This document shows positions 35,526 to 48,441 of a DNA stretch of 64,000 nucleotides, piece by piece (position 1 is the first letter of the stretch; every line of letters starts with the position of its first letter). Position numbers and translations under genes: made by a program. Source of the DNA: Octopus sinensis (lineage: Eukaryota); contig NC_043000.1 in NCBI RefSeq assembly GCF_006345805.1, positions 80,538,001-80,602,000 on the forward strand, given 5' to 3'. The notes under the pieces are model-generated. The model ran no database searches. It saw nothing but the letters and a program-made list of their open reading frames with translations, and had not been told where the DNA came from.

Positions 35526-36244
35526 TATGTATGTGTGTGCGTGTGTGTGTATGGGTGTATATATGTATGCATGTATATATGTGTATATATATGTGTACAT
35601 ATTACATGTACATCTATGTCTAGGGAAATGCAGTGGCGACCAAAATGTTCAGAACGGCATTGTTTTCGTCAGAAAAGTAGATATAATTTTTTATCAAAGT
35701 TGTTTTATATTCTATAATTTTCACAGACAATAAATACAATATTATTTGTTATTGCCCGAGATTTTGGTGTAATTTGAGAGGATAATACAAAAGTTATGGA
35801 TGATTTAGTGATTTACTGCAAAACCCATGGCGGCCAAAATGATCAGAATGGTTGCTTTTACTCCGTGTTTTAGTACATGGAACCTAAGTAAGGCGTGTGT
35901 AAAATTTGAATGAAATTGGTTGTGTAGTTCTCAAGTTTTAGGGATTCATAGTGGAGAAGATACGATATTGCTGTGGGCTTGCCATAGGCAGAAAGTTAAA
36001 AATATTTTTTGCCCATGACACTCCATGGACCCTAAGTAGATGTGAGATATGCAGGGATATTGCATCCATAGATCCATTATTTAGGTAGAATGGTATACAT
36101 ATAAGATTCCAGTACCATTCTACGTAAATAATAGATCTACATATGCAATATCCTTGCACATCTCACGTCTATTTTCATTCCTCCACTTCACTCTCTATTT
36201 CATATCTAATCTCGAATAACTATTGCTTAACTATTTTCTCACAC

Positions 36245-36293
36245 TGTCTCTGATGAAGGGATATATAAAATATCCCAGAAACAGCTGTAATAC
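36245..36293 (+). ncRNA. Minimal type I hammerhead ribozyme motif (PLE type)
   Basis: TGTCT CTGATGA A GGGATAT-ataaa-ATATCCC A GAAAC AGCT GTA ATAC: intact core, 7-bp stem II, palindromic stem III (ACAGCTGT), GUA triplet, stem I 3/4. Confidence 0.7.
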
Positions 36294-36354
36294 CTTCTAA
36301 TTTTAATGTTCTAAAATCTTTCACAGCCTTGGATTTTTATCTCATTCTGAACAT

Positions 36355-36411
<57 letters not shown>

Positions 36412-36416
<5 letters not shown>

Positions 36417-36627
36417 ATCGCCATGTTGATTCATTAGTTACTGCACGCATTTTTTTTCTCTCCTTCTTTCTGTGTTTTTTTTCTCTCTGTGTATCTTTCT
36501 GTTGAAGAGCGTAGGCTCGAAACATTAAAGACTTGTTTTATTTATATTTCCTGAGCGCCATACTAATACAATTGTTTGTTTGTTTTCCACCTGCCTTCGT
36601 CTTTTGTCTATTTTCATAAAGCTTCCC

Positions 36628-36630
<3 letters not shown>
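36412..36630 (+). mobile_element. Short PLE-like repeat carrying a hammerhead-like motif (CTGTTGA core)
   Basis: About 215-bp homolog of 51230-51430 (reverse); tcttt CTGTTGA A GAGC-gtag-GCTC GAAAC ATT aaaga. Confidence 0.6.
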
Positions 36631-36660
<30 letters not shown>

Positions 36661-36667
<7 letters not shown>

Positions 36668-37300
36668 ACCACAAAAGAAACATCACACTCATACCAAATA
36701 GAAACCGCTTTAAGAAACCATTTGTTCCTAATGATAAAATGTCATTTCCTGAAAAATGTTTGACGTCACATGGTGTTACATGATGATAGAGTGTCCTGGA
36801 TCCAAAGAGATGAATTTAATACCTTTTGTGACCACTGTTAATATTGATTACTGCTAGGCATCTTCTGTACATTGAATGTGCCAAACGATTGAGGAAGGCC
36901 ATGGGGATAGCATCCCACACTCTGTTAAAACTTGCAGTGAGTTGTGCCACAGTTGTTGGCCTTGAATGGATGTCATGTAGCCATCTTTGGATTTCATCCC
37001 ACAGGTGCTCTATAGAGTTCAAGTCTGGACTTAAGGCAGGCCATGGCAGTGTTTGGATGTTGTGCTGTTGGAGGAAGTCTGTTGTCAACCTGGCAGTATG
37101 ATTCCAATGATGGGCAAAGTATGACACAATGTGAGGCCTCAACACTGGGTCAATGTAGCGAGCAGTGATTACTTTGTCACCCCAGCCTTGGGTAATATTT
37201 TGGAAGACCACCAGTCCAAGTTTCTGACTGAGTGCAATCCTGCCCCATACCATGATGCTGTGTCCTCCCCCCTGAGATGCTAAGATAGTCATGTTGTTGT
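36661..37300 (-). mobile_element. Tc1-like (DD34E) transposon 3' fragment
   Basis: GGGHSIMVWG, YID.VLRP, LPWPALSPDLNSIEHLWDE; terminal 'aactgaaccacaaaagaaaca' after (TA)n resembles a Tc1 TIR. Confidence 0.85.
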
Positions 37301-38520
37301 ACAGTTTGCATTTAAAAAATCCATGTCTATGTATATAATAAGTTTTAATGTTATTGTTCTTTAACACTTGGTCAGCCCTGTAGCAGGAGAGTTAGAATCA
37401 AAGATGATCCAGATGTTACAAACCTGTTATTTTTCTATCTAATACAACCTTGCTTGTTTTAATGTAGTACGGTGTAACTTGAGAGATATTTGCCTGCTGC
37501 CTCTAGCAATTTGATGCCCTTTTGTTCTGTATTAGATTTGCAATGAATCATGCAATGATTTGATAATGAGATACATTTTGATTGAAAAAGAAACTGCAAT
37601 TCTATATTACTCAACTCCTCATCTCCACACTTCCTACTCAGATCTTTAATTAAATTAATTTCAGAATGAAATTAAAGATATATTCTTATGCAAAGCTTAA
37701 TCAACTTATAAGAAAATTGCTCAACTAATTATCATGAATGGGAAAATAACAAATAAGTGTAAGAGATCAGGAAAATTGGCTGTTTGGAATTGTTTGGGAA
37801 TAAAAGTTGTCCAAAATCTAGATTGTGAAGTTTCACACGAATACAGAAATAAGGAAGTGAATTTAAGTTACAAGAATATAATTTTGACTTAATCTAATTA
37901 ATAAATAATTCAACTTAAATAATTTTGAATTTAAAATAATCAAAATTTAACCTAAATGATAAATTTAATTTTCATAATAATAAACTTCACCTAAAAAAAA
38001 GCAATATTAAATTTAATGAACACATTCACCTAAACATGTTTGTTACTGTATATGTGTTGAAACACATTGCCTTTGTTTCAATTAATTTTGAAAATAATGA
38101 GGGATTTGCTAAAATAATCTTATCATTATCAAGCTGATGTTCGGAACATAAATTAACATGAAATTTGATGGATGGTTTTAATATTGATCACTTTAAAACA
38201 GAAAGTTTGTATCATAGAAAGAGGAGAGTCTCAGGTGGGTTAGCATTAAGTAGGGTCACATACAATAAAGTTATTGCCTGGAGTGCAAGTGCAACCTATG
38301 ATAAAACTGCTGATGGTTTTTCTTGTAAATTGTAAAGTGGTTCTCTACCAATTTCTTGAATCTTCTTATTAGCCACTCCTTATACGTAAGTAGTGTTCGC
38401 ACAGAAAAAGCATTTTTTAACCTTCCAAGACACTCCCTCTCTACATGTTTGTCTGTAAATATATGCCTTTCCATGTTTATGCATGAAATGCATGGGTATG
38501 TATATATATATATATATTTA

Positions 38521-39426
38521 TGGGGTCATCCCATAAATAATGCAGTTTTTTTTATACTTTTACTTTTCAAAATTCAGATAAACAAAGTTCTTTTTTAATC
38601 TAAAAGTTATTTTTTCATCTTCATTTTCTACAATACTCTTCCATCTATCTGGTAGACTTGCAAGGCCTCTCTTCTAAAATTCACTTGTCTGTGATGAAAA
38701 ATATTCCTCCAGTACTGTTCTGACCTCTACCGAATTCAGATTTTTTCCATCTAAATGATTTTGAAGCCTGCAGAATAAATGATAATCAAATGGGGCAATG
38801 TCCTGTAAATATGATGGGTGGGACATTGTTTCCCATTCAAACTTCTCCTGTCTTTGGAATGTTATTTTCACTGTATGTGGCCAAGAATACCTTTCATTTT
38901 GAAACCAAAGATGGTTGTTTTCCTTCTAGTGCTGATTTGAATGAATGGTTGAACAACCAAATCCAAGCTTCTCTGTTATTTCCTCAACAGTTACGATGGG
39001 ATTTTGTTCAACCAGGATTTGCAGGATATCCTTGTTGAACTGTACAGATCTTCCAGGATGAGGCTTGTCTTTTAGCCTGTAGTTTCTGGCTTGGAACTTC
39101 TTGAACCACCTTTGACACTGGTTTATGCTTATTGTCCAGTCCCCAAATACTGCATTAATATCCCTCGCACTTTCCATTGCATTGTTGCCTTTATTGAACT
39201 CATAAAGCAAAATATATTGAATATGCTCCTTTGTCACTTCCATTATAACTTTGAAAAAATAACTGTTTAAATCGAACTGTACTCTTCAAAATTTGTACTA
39301 AGCATAAGTACAAAGTAAAATTACTACCTACTTTTATAGCAAGTTGATGCCGGTAGTTTATTCCATCTCTCTCTGACTTTTAGTTCATGCAATTGAAAAA
39401 CCTTCATTATTTATGGGATGACCCAA
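38521..39426 (-). mobile_element. mariner (DD34D) family A, internally deleted copy 1
   Basis: TIRs t(t/g)gggtcatcccataaataatg at both ends with TA flanks; MEVTKEHIQYILLYEF.KG..A N-terminus and DIAPFDYHLF C-terminus. Confidence 0.92.
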
Positions 39427-39536
39427 TATATATATATACACATACACACATATATGTGTGTGTGTGCAAGCGCGCACTTTTCTGCACTTGTGTATTTACA
39501 TAAGTATATATGTGTATAGGTGTATGTATTTACAGG

Positions 39537-39573
<37 letters not shown>

Positions 39574-39730
39574 ATGTCTGTTAATATGTATTCATTTACA
39601 TGTGCACATGCACACACGCACACATACTCACATGCGTACACACGTGTAAATGAATACATATTTACAGACTTATATACTTGTACACACATAAATATGTACA
39701 TGCATGTATATACTTGTGTACATATAAGTA

Positions 39731-40720
39731 CGAGGGACGTTCAATAAGTAATGCCTCTGACCCACTTGCAGTTGTTTGATCTAGCTGAAATTTTGCATGT
39801 GCAATCATTTATATCTCTATAGAGTAAGTGGCAAATTACAGCTCTGAATTAATTGTGGTTTCTGATTTACAGGTGTTTGAACCGAGTCAAGTGTGAAATG
39901 GAGCCTGTTGAGTGTCGAGCAGTGATCCGGTTTTTGTATTTGAAAGGACGCACACCACGGGAGACTTTTGATGAAATGAAAGTAACTTATGGTGATGATG
40001 AATTCAAACATGGTCGGAACTCTGTGGAAACAGCTCTCAGATCTTTTCAAAAGACTGATTACACAGGATGAAACCTGGGTCCATCACGATGATCCAGAGA
40101 CCAAAGCCCAGTCAATGCAGTGGAAGCACCGTAACTCACCCCCTCCAAAGAAAGCAAGGGTGCAGCCCTCCGCTGGCAAGGTCATGCTCACAGTCTTCTG
40201 GGACCAGGACGGAGTAGTGATGACAGATTTCCTGGCAAAGGGTACCACAATTGCAGGAGCCTATTATGCTTCACTTTTGAGGAAATTAAGAGAAGTTATC
40301 AAAATCAAGAGGCGGGGCAAGATCAGCAAAGGCATCCTCCTCCTGCAGGACAACGCTCCGGTCCACAACTCGCTTGTCGCCAGATCAGAAGCACAGGTGT
40401 ATGGCTATGAACTCCTCCCCCATCCCCCTACTTTCCTGACCTTGCACCCTCTGATTTTCACCTCTTCCCAGTCATGAAGTTGTTTTTGAAAGGAAAGCGT
40501 TTCCCAGATGATGCAGCCTTGATTTCTGAAGTCACGTTCAGGTTGGAGGACCAAGCTGGGGTCTTCTACAAAAACGGTCTTCAGAGCTGCATCAAGCAAT
40601 GGGAGAAATGCGTAACTCTGGGTGGTTCCTATGTAGAAAAAGACTAATAACTGTGCCAAGTTTCGTTGCTCTACTCCTACGGGAAGTGGGTCAGGGGCAT
40701 TACTTATTGAACGCCCCTCG
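39731..40720 (+). mobile_element. mariner family B, internally deleted, intact TIRs
   Basis: TA|cgagggacgttcaataagtaatgcc ... ggcattacttattgaacgcccctcg|TA; ITQDETWVHH, SAGKVMLTVFWD, LLQDNAPVH, PDLAPSDFHLF. Confidence 0.95.
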
Positions 40721-41673
40721 TATATGCATGTGTACATACGTCTGTAGTACATATGTATTTATTTACATGTGTACGTGAATGTATCCATGCATCAATATAT
40801 TTACACATGTGCATGATTGTCTGTCTGTTCTTTTGTGCATATGTATGAAGATGTGTTTATATGTGTCTATCTGTACATTTGTATGTATATACATATGTAT
40901 ATGTGTATGTATGTATATGTCTGGGTATGTTTTTTATATGTGTTTAACTTATTCAGATTGCATTTGTGTATGTGTGTGTGTGTGTGTGTGTCTGCATATA
41001 TGTTTATACATGTGTGAGTGTGTTTCATTAATGATTCTTCAGCACATTTGATAATGTAGTGCTTATATATAGTATATCTTATAAAAGACAGGATGGTCAT
41101 GGCTAGAATGCTTTGATAATAAGTTTAATGGATCATGAATTACTTGGGGTTACACAACAACAGCAACAACTGTCAGTAGGGATATTGTTGTCTGGAATGA
41201 AAGTAAAGAGAATGGCTGACACAGCAGAGAGAACAATTGACAATGACACAGAGAAATATCTCTGCACATGTACAGAAATGAATATTATTGTATTATTTCG
41301 TAGGCTGTGTTATATTAAATTATATCATACTTGTAATATTATTCAGCTACTGTCTATGTATGTAATGCTTTTACTATGGAACAAAATCAGCGACATAATT
41401 AATACTCACAACTTTTACAATATTCATAAGACAGTTGATTAATAAACTATGGAAAGAGACTGAAAAACAAGCTATTATATACACAAAATTATATAATGTT
41501 TATTTTATATATCAAACAATCGACTAATCAATAAATATTTTATTTTATTTATTTAATTGTAATGAATATATATAGTCCCCTCATCCTGCTTTGGTCTTAC
41601 TACTCAAAGGTGGACATGTAAAGCTTGATGTTAGAAGTGGTGAGATTAGCTTCTAGGATGCTCAAAGAAGCAG

Positions 41674-42224
41674 TAGGTATAAGGTATAAGACTGCCTTAG
41701 TATAAGGTTACCTATGTATAAAGATGCCTAGGTATAAGGTTGCCTTGGTATAAGGTTATCTATGTATAAAGTTGCCTAGGTATAAGGTTGCCTTGGTATA
41801 AGGTCAACGTGGTATAAGTTTGCCAGAGTGTAAGGTTACCCTGGTATAAGTTTGCCTTGATATAAGGTTGCCTTAATATAAGGTTGCCTTGGTACAAGGT
41901 TACCTGGGTATAAGGCTGCCTGGATGTAAGGTTTCCCCTGGTATAAGTTTACTTTGGTATAAGGTTGCCTAAGTATAAGGCTGTCTTGATATAAGGTTAC
42001 TTTGGTATAATGTTGCCTGGGTGTAAGGTTGTCTTGGTATAAGTTTGCCTTGGTATAAGGCTGCCATAGTATAAGTTACTTGGATGTAAGGTTGCCTTGA
42101 TATAAGTTTGCTTGGTATAAGGTTGCTTTGGTACAAGTTTGCCAAGGTATAAGGCTGCCTAGGTATAAGGTTATGTAGGTATAAGTTTGCCTTAGTATAG
42201 GGTTGCCTAGGAATAAGGTTGCCT
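41674..42224. repeat. 16-bp minisatellite (consensus GGTATAAGGTTGCCTT), about 34 units
   Basis: Direct reading; units diverged but length conserved; explains ORF 41969-42238. Confidence 0.92.
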
Positions 42225-42728
42225 CCGTTCTGATCCATAGGGCAACCAAAGTATGTTAATATCTATATGGTTCTATGTGCTGTTGTAGAGCATGTTAAAG
42301 CAATAGCCTGATAACCTCTATATATAGAACATAGCCTACCATAGAAAGGCCCTTGCTGGGATATAATAGCATCTAGGCAGTCGATTTTTTTCTGTTGCTC
42401 TCTGCCCAAGCTATAGGTGAATTTCCTAGACTATCAATCTTTTCAGGTTGCTAAAGCAAATAAGCATAAGGTTGTCAGTGACAGATTGTTGCTATATCCT
42501 AAGTACTAGGGATGATGTTTCAATAAAGAGAGAAGAAACTTCTTGAGTTGGCATCAAGGCTAATAGACTTCTCTCCCCTCTCTCTCAATCTTTCACTCTT
42601 GCTCTTCCACATTGTCTGCATGTATCTCAGGGTCAAAAGCATTTCACCCCTTAGCTGGTATGCTTCTGATGAGTGGGGCAGCAAGAACAGAACTAGTCTT
42701 CACCTACAGAAGGACTCCATTTGCAGTC

Positions 42729-42964
42729 TCTTATTTCTTTATTGCCCACAAAGGGCTAAACATAGAGGGGACAAACAAGGACAGACAAAGGGATTAAGTC
42801 GATTACAAGGACCCCAGTGTGTAACTGGTACTTAATTTATCGACCCCGAAAGGATGAAAGGCAAAGTCGACCTTGGTGGAATTTGAACTCAGAACGTAGC
42901 AGCAGATGAAATACTGCTAAGCATTTCACCCAGCGTGCTAACGATTCTGCCAGCTCACCGCCTT
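42729..42964 (-). mobile_element. tRNA-derived SINE, full length, little diverged
   Basis: Reverse complement 'aaggcggtgagctggcagaatcgttagcacgctggg...gagttcaaattccacc'; A and B boxes; A-rich tail. Confidence 0.9.
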
Positions 42965-43347
42965 TAATTTGCAGTCTCTTACCAACCAGAACCCCCTTGA
43001 GCTAAGCTAGTTTCAGCTGCTGGACCTATCTCCTTGATGGCTTTATTCAGTCCTGTGGATTCCAGATCTATCTTCTACTAGAAATAGTGCAGTGATCCAA
43101 CTGGAAGGCCACAGCAGACAACTTCAATGGGGAATGAGGCTACACCCTAACCTTTGAAAAAAGCCCTCACTAACTAAGTCTTGATACCAAATTTTCTTTA
43201 CCTGGTGAAAATAAATCCACTGTAATTAAGAGCTCAATAAGTAAAAGACTGTTTAACATCTGTCTATCAATACATTGTTACAGTGTGAACTATATGTGAA
43301 ATTTATACTTTTCTGCTAGTATTCTATATATAATTTTATATATATAA

Positions 43348-43382
<35 letters not shown>

Positions 43383-43837
43383 AGTTTATTGGTTGTGCTC
43401 TGTGTTAAGGGAGCCCATTTTTTGCAAGAACCCAATTTTTTCCTTTGTTAGGGAGGTGATCGATCTTGTCTATAAGCATTTATTTGATTAAATTAAATTT
43501 TATTTCTTTTAATTTTTTTCTTTTAATCATAGAATCCTTGCTATTTCTGCATAACTGCCATTTCAAGCTAGCTATGTCTCTTCGATAAAATGTAATCGGA
43601 AATCTAGGAACATTGCATGACATCAAATTCATCAGCCATGTGCCCACTTTATATTCAGGAGTCAGTTTGCCGAGACTCTCCCGTTCCCTCTGTGTTGTGA
43701 AGCATTCAACCAGCCAGGTTCCTGTTTCCAGTCAACTCTTTTAATGCTGTCACTTCACAAACATTATTGATGTCCTTTAGCTCTCTTGTCAAAATTGCCT
43801 TGGGTTGAGACTCATAACACATTGTATGTCCAAATTA

Positions 43838-44900
43838 TTTGTCCACCCCATAAATAATGCAGATTTTTTTAATACTTCTTTTATTTTTCAAAATTAAGAT
43901 AAACAAGGTTCTTTTTTAATCTAAAAGTTATTTTTTCATCTTCATTTTCAACAATGATCACCCATCTATCTGGTAGACTTGCAAGGCGCCTCTTCCAAAA
44001 TTCACTTGCCCATGATGAAAAATGCTCCTCCAATACTGTTCTGACCTCATCTACAGAATTCAGATTTTTACCATCCAAATGATTTTGAAGACTGCAGAAT
44101 AAATGATAATCAGATGGAGCAATGCCTGGCAAATATGGTGGGTGGGGCATCGTTTCCTATTCAAACTACTCCAGCCTTTGTGGCTGTGTGTGGCCAGGCA
44201 TTATCCTGATGGAAGAACACTTTCCTTCTTGAAATCAGAGATGGTCGTTTCTCTTCTAGCATTAACTTAAGCTGCTCAAGCTGCTCATAGCAGATCTCCT
44301 TTGTTATCGCTTGGTTTCGGTTTAAATATTTAAAGTGCACTAAACCTTTTATATCTCACCAAATAGATAACAACACCTGACATAGGTGAAAACTTTCTTT
44401 AGTCTGGGGTGCCAATGTTTCCATTTTCCCTACCCATTATCTTTGGTGCTTGACATTTTTAGAGAACTCATTTCTTATCACCAGTCACTATTGGGTTCAA
44501 AAAAGGTTCATTCGTAAGATGTGACAGCAAAGTAGAGCACACATTCACTCTCTGTGTGCGATTAGACATGGAAAGTTTGTGAGGAACCCATTGACCCAAT
44601 TTGCTGACTTTTCTAAGGGCACGCAGGTGTTGATGAATGGTTGAATGACCAAATACAAGCTTCTCTGTAAGTTCCTCAACAGCTACAATGGGATTTTGTT
44701 CCACCAGGGTTTGCAGGACATCCTTTGAAAAATTAACTGTTAAAATCGAACTGCACTCTTCAAAACTTGCACAAAGAATAAGTACAAAGTAAAATTACTA
44801 CCTGCTTTTATAGCAAGTTGATGCAGGTATTTTATCCCATCCCCCTCCAACTTTTAGTTCATACAACTGAAAAAACTGCATTATTTATGGGATGACCCAA
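43838..44900 (-). mobile_element. mariner family A, deleted copy 2
   Basis: Degenerate left TIR, right TIR 'ttatttatgggatgacccaa|ta'; LGQWVPH.LS, IVTGDKK, MPHPPYLPGIAPSDYHLF. Confidence 0.9.
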
Positions 44901-45399
44901 TATGATAATAGCTTTGTAGGTTTGATGTTTGGTAAAAGGTGTCTTTGAATATTTAGCTTTTCCAATCCTGCAGCATTTGTTATCATATCTTTCCACTTTA
45001 TCCTACACCTCAAAGGTTCCTATTTTTTTCCATTACTGTATGCATTGTCCAAGTTTCTTCTCTGGAGAGGACAACTGGCATAGTGTAACATTTTACTAGC
45101 CTCAATTTTAGGTGCAATGTTGTCTTTTAAGGTGAACATTTTTTCCGTTCTAATGAAATGTTGTTTTGAATAACTTCTTCTTCACAGTAATCTCCCTGAT
45201 TTATTATTTGTCCTAAAAATCTGAAGTCTTTTACTTACTCAAGCTTCTCTCCACCTACCTTCATATTTGCTTTCTTTAGTTCTGTTCTAATAATAACCAT
45301 TATTTTTGTCTTTTACATTCACATTTAGGCCTATATTGTCACTTTGCTCTTTTACAACATCAACAAATTCTTGTAAATTCTCATTGCTGACTGCAACTA

Positions 45400-46341
45400 A
45401 TGGTGGTTCTAGAAATTCTGAGCCAGAAACTACAGCCTAGAAACAAGCCCCATCTGGGAAGATCTGTAGAGCTCGACAAAGATGTCCTGCAAACCCTGGT
45501 GGATCAAAATCCCATCATAACTGCTGAGGAAGTAGTAGAGGAGGTTGTATTTGGTCACTCAACCATTCATCAACACCTGCGTGCCATCGGAAAAGTCAGC
45601 AAATTGGGTCAATGGGTTCCTCAAACTTTCTGAGTCTAATCGCATGCAGAGAGTGAATGAACCTTTTTTGGACCAAATAGTGACTGGTGACAAGAAATGG
45701 GCTCTCTTTAAAAATGTCAAGCACCAAAGACAGTTGGCAGGGAAAGGAGAAACACCGGTACCCCAGGCTAAAGAAGGTCTTCATCCATGTAAGGTGTTGT
45801 TATCTGTTTGGTGAGATATGAAAGGTTTAGTTCACTTTAAACATATAAACCCAAACCAAACGACAACAACGGAGATTTACTGTGAGCAGCATGAGTGGCT
45901 TAAGTCAGCACCAGAAGAAAAATTACCATCTTTAGTTTCAAGATGAAAGGTGATCTTCCATCAGGAATACTCAGCCACATACAGCAAGGATGACATTCCA
46001 AAGGCTGGAGTAGTTTGAATAAGAAACGATGCCCCACCCACCATATTTGCCAGACATTGCTCCATCTGATAATTATTTATTCCACAGTCTTCAAAATCAT
46101 TTGGATGGAAAAAATCTGAATTCTGTAGATGAGGTCAGAACAGTACTGGAAGAATATTTTTCATCACGGACAAGTGAATTTTGGAAAAGCTGCCTTACAA
46201 GTCTACCAGATAGATGGAAGAGCATTGTAGAAAATGAAGATGAAAACATAACTTTTAAATTTAAAAAGAACTTTGTTTATCTTAATTTTGAAAAATAAAA
46301 GAAGTATAAAAAAAATCTGCATTATTTATGGGATGACCTAA
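45400..46341 (+). mobile_element. mariner family A, 5'-truncated copy 3
   Basis: LGQWVP, IVTGDKKW, MPHPPYLPDIAPSDNYLF; right TIR 'ttatttatgggatgacctaa|ta'. Confidence 0.9.
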
Positions 46342-46529
46342 TAAATAGATAATACAGATAACACAGGTGATAAAACAGATCTTTGTATTACACCTCTTTG
46401 GGTCTCAGCTGGTTCTAACAATTATTGGTCTATTCTGATTGTTGCCTTTTGGTTCTAATATAATTTGAAATTAAGGCCAACAGATGTATAATAGATGCCA
46501 TATTTTGCTGCTGCAACATTCTAACATAA

Positions 46530-46710
46530 AAGCAGATGCAAGTACAAAAAGATTCATTTGCTTGCTTCATAGATTATGCCAAGGCATTTGACTGTGTACA
46601 TCACAGAGAGCTCATCATCTCTTTAGTAAAAGCTAGCTTAGAGAAAAGAACATTAGAATCATCTGTGTGTTATATTGGAACCATAAGATAGCCATCAAAA
46701 CAGACCAGGA
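46530..46710 (+). mobile_element. RTE-like LINE RT fragment
   Basis: FACFIDYAKAFDCVHHRELI...IRII..LYWN. Confidence 0.6.
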
Positions 46711-46989
46711 TATTAAATTATATTATCAATATTACAGAAGAAGGTGAGTAAAGGAAGGTATATAATGAAGTAATTATCATTCATAGTTCATTAATAGCAC
46801 AGAGATGGTGAGAGAAAAATATAGTAGGAAACTTAATTTGAGATTCATACATGTGTGTTATTGTCATCATTATCACCATCGTTGTCATCATTGTCGTTAT
46901 CATCATCAATTTTATCTTTATCATCTTCCATCCTGGCATGGGTTGGAAGGTTTGACTGGATTCGATGGGTCTGAGGACTGTATTGAGCA

Positions 46990-47240
46990 CCAATGTCTAA
47001 TTTTACATGGTTTCTATGGGTTGATGCCTTTTTAATGTCATGCTGCAATGCTATTCAGAACGATTTAGTTCATGTCTCCCTTGCAAATATAACTAAAGTA
47101 GTTCCTCATCTTCTTTACAATTACATCTGTAGTTCTAGCATAAGCATTCTTTAGTAGTTTTTAGAAGACATTTAATTCCTGCCATTTCCAGTGATGTGTT
47201 CATACCCTGCCTCCAATGTACAGGCTAGAGTAACAGACCT
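46990..47240 (-). mobile_element. Possible RTE-like LINE 3' fragment
   Basis: Very decayed C-terminal pattern; weak support. Confidence 0.3.
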
Positions 47241-47411
47241 ACAACTCTGTGTATATATGTGATCTTGTTACTCTTGTATCAAAGGAGATACACAGTCCTT
47301 TGTTTTGGCTTATTTGTATCAATGTAATCCCTCAGTTGATTAGCTGTTCTCTATGGTAAAGGATGGAATCATCTTGTCAATATGCCATCTTTTTTCTGTT
47401 AGCAAAGTGAA

Positions 47412-47453
<42 letters not shown>

Positions 47454-47459
<6 letters not shown>

Positions 47460-48069
47460 GTAAAAGTGAAAAAACTTCAGAAGGCTTGTTTTAAAAGGTT
47501 AAAAAATATATATTTGAGTCAATATGTCTGAAGAATATTATAAATTGTTTTCTTACAATGACATAGTTTAGAAGAAAGACCGGTTTCGCGTTTAGCTTTT
47601 CAAATTTCTTACGTCGTAATGTTTATGTTGAGAAGAGTTATCGTTATGTTTATGTTGAAAAGAGTTCTAGATAAGGGGAGGTAATAAGTGATTTCTTCCG
47701 GTGTAAGGGAGATAATCGCTTAAAATCTTTTGCCTTTCCTTTGGGGTGAATTTCTCTACTTATACAGAGAAATTCATCTCAACGGAAAGGCAAAAAATTT
47801 TAAGCGATTATCTCCCTTACACCGGAAGAAATCACTTATTACCTCCCCTTATCTAGAACTCTTTTCAACATAAACATAACGATAACTCTTCTCAACATAA
47901 ACATTACGACGTAAGAAATTTGAAAAGCTAAACGCGAAACCGGTCTTTCTTCTAAACTATGTCATTGTAAGAAAAAAATTTATAATATTCTTCAGACATA
48001 TTGACTCAAATATATATTTTTCAACCTTTTAAAACAAGCCTTCTGAAGTTTTTTCACTTTTACTATTTT
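47454..48069. repeat. Long inverted repeat (foldback/MITE-like), 304-bp arms, 8-nt spacer
   Basis: Arms 47454-47757 and 47766-48069 are colinear with no indels (coordinate sums 95523) and about 6 mismatches by eye; (TA)n on both sides. Confidence 0.95.
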
Positions 48070-48112
48070 CTATATATTCAACCACGTGCTTTCACGAACC
48101 AACTTTCTTATC

Positions 48113-48181
<69 letters not shown>

Positions 48182-48216
48182 CTTATAAACAAGTTATATA
48201 TATATACATATATATA

Positions 48217-48378
48217 AGTGCAAGCATGGTTGTGTAGTAAGAAATTTGCTTCCCAGCCACATGGCTCTGGGTTCAATCCAACTGCATGGTACCTTGGGCA
48301 AGTGTCTGCTATTGGTGCCTTGGGCCAACCAAAGCCTTGTAGATTTGGTAGATGAAAATAGAAAGAAGCCTGTCATAC

Positions 48379-48441
<63 letters not shown>

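Noticed and set aside
41113-41442. 109-aa plus-strand ORF or possible piggyBac relic
   Set aside because: No splice signals or recognisable domain; the resemblance to piggyBac FDN/ATGT motifs is too weak and stop-interrupted.
41674-42224. CRISPR-like array or repeat-protein gene
   Set aside because: Units are contiguous with no unique spacers, the context is eukaryotic, and the 16-bp unit is not codon-phased.
42660-42720. CTGATGA as a hammerhead core
   Set aside because: No downstream GAAA and no stem II.
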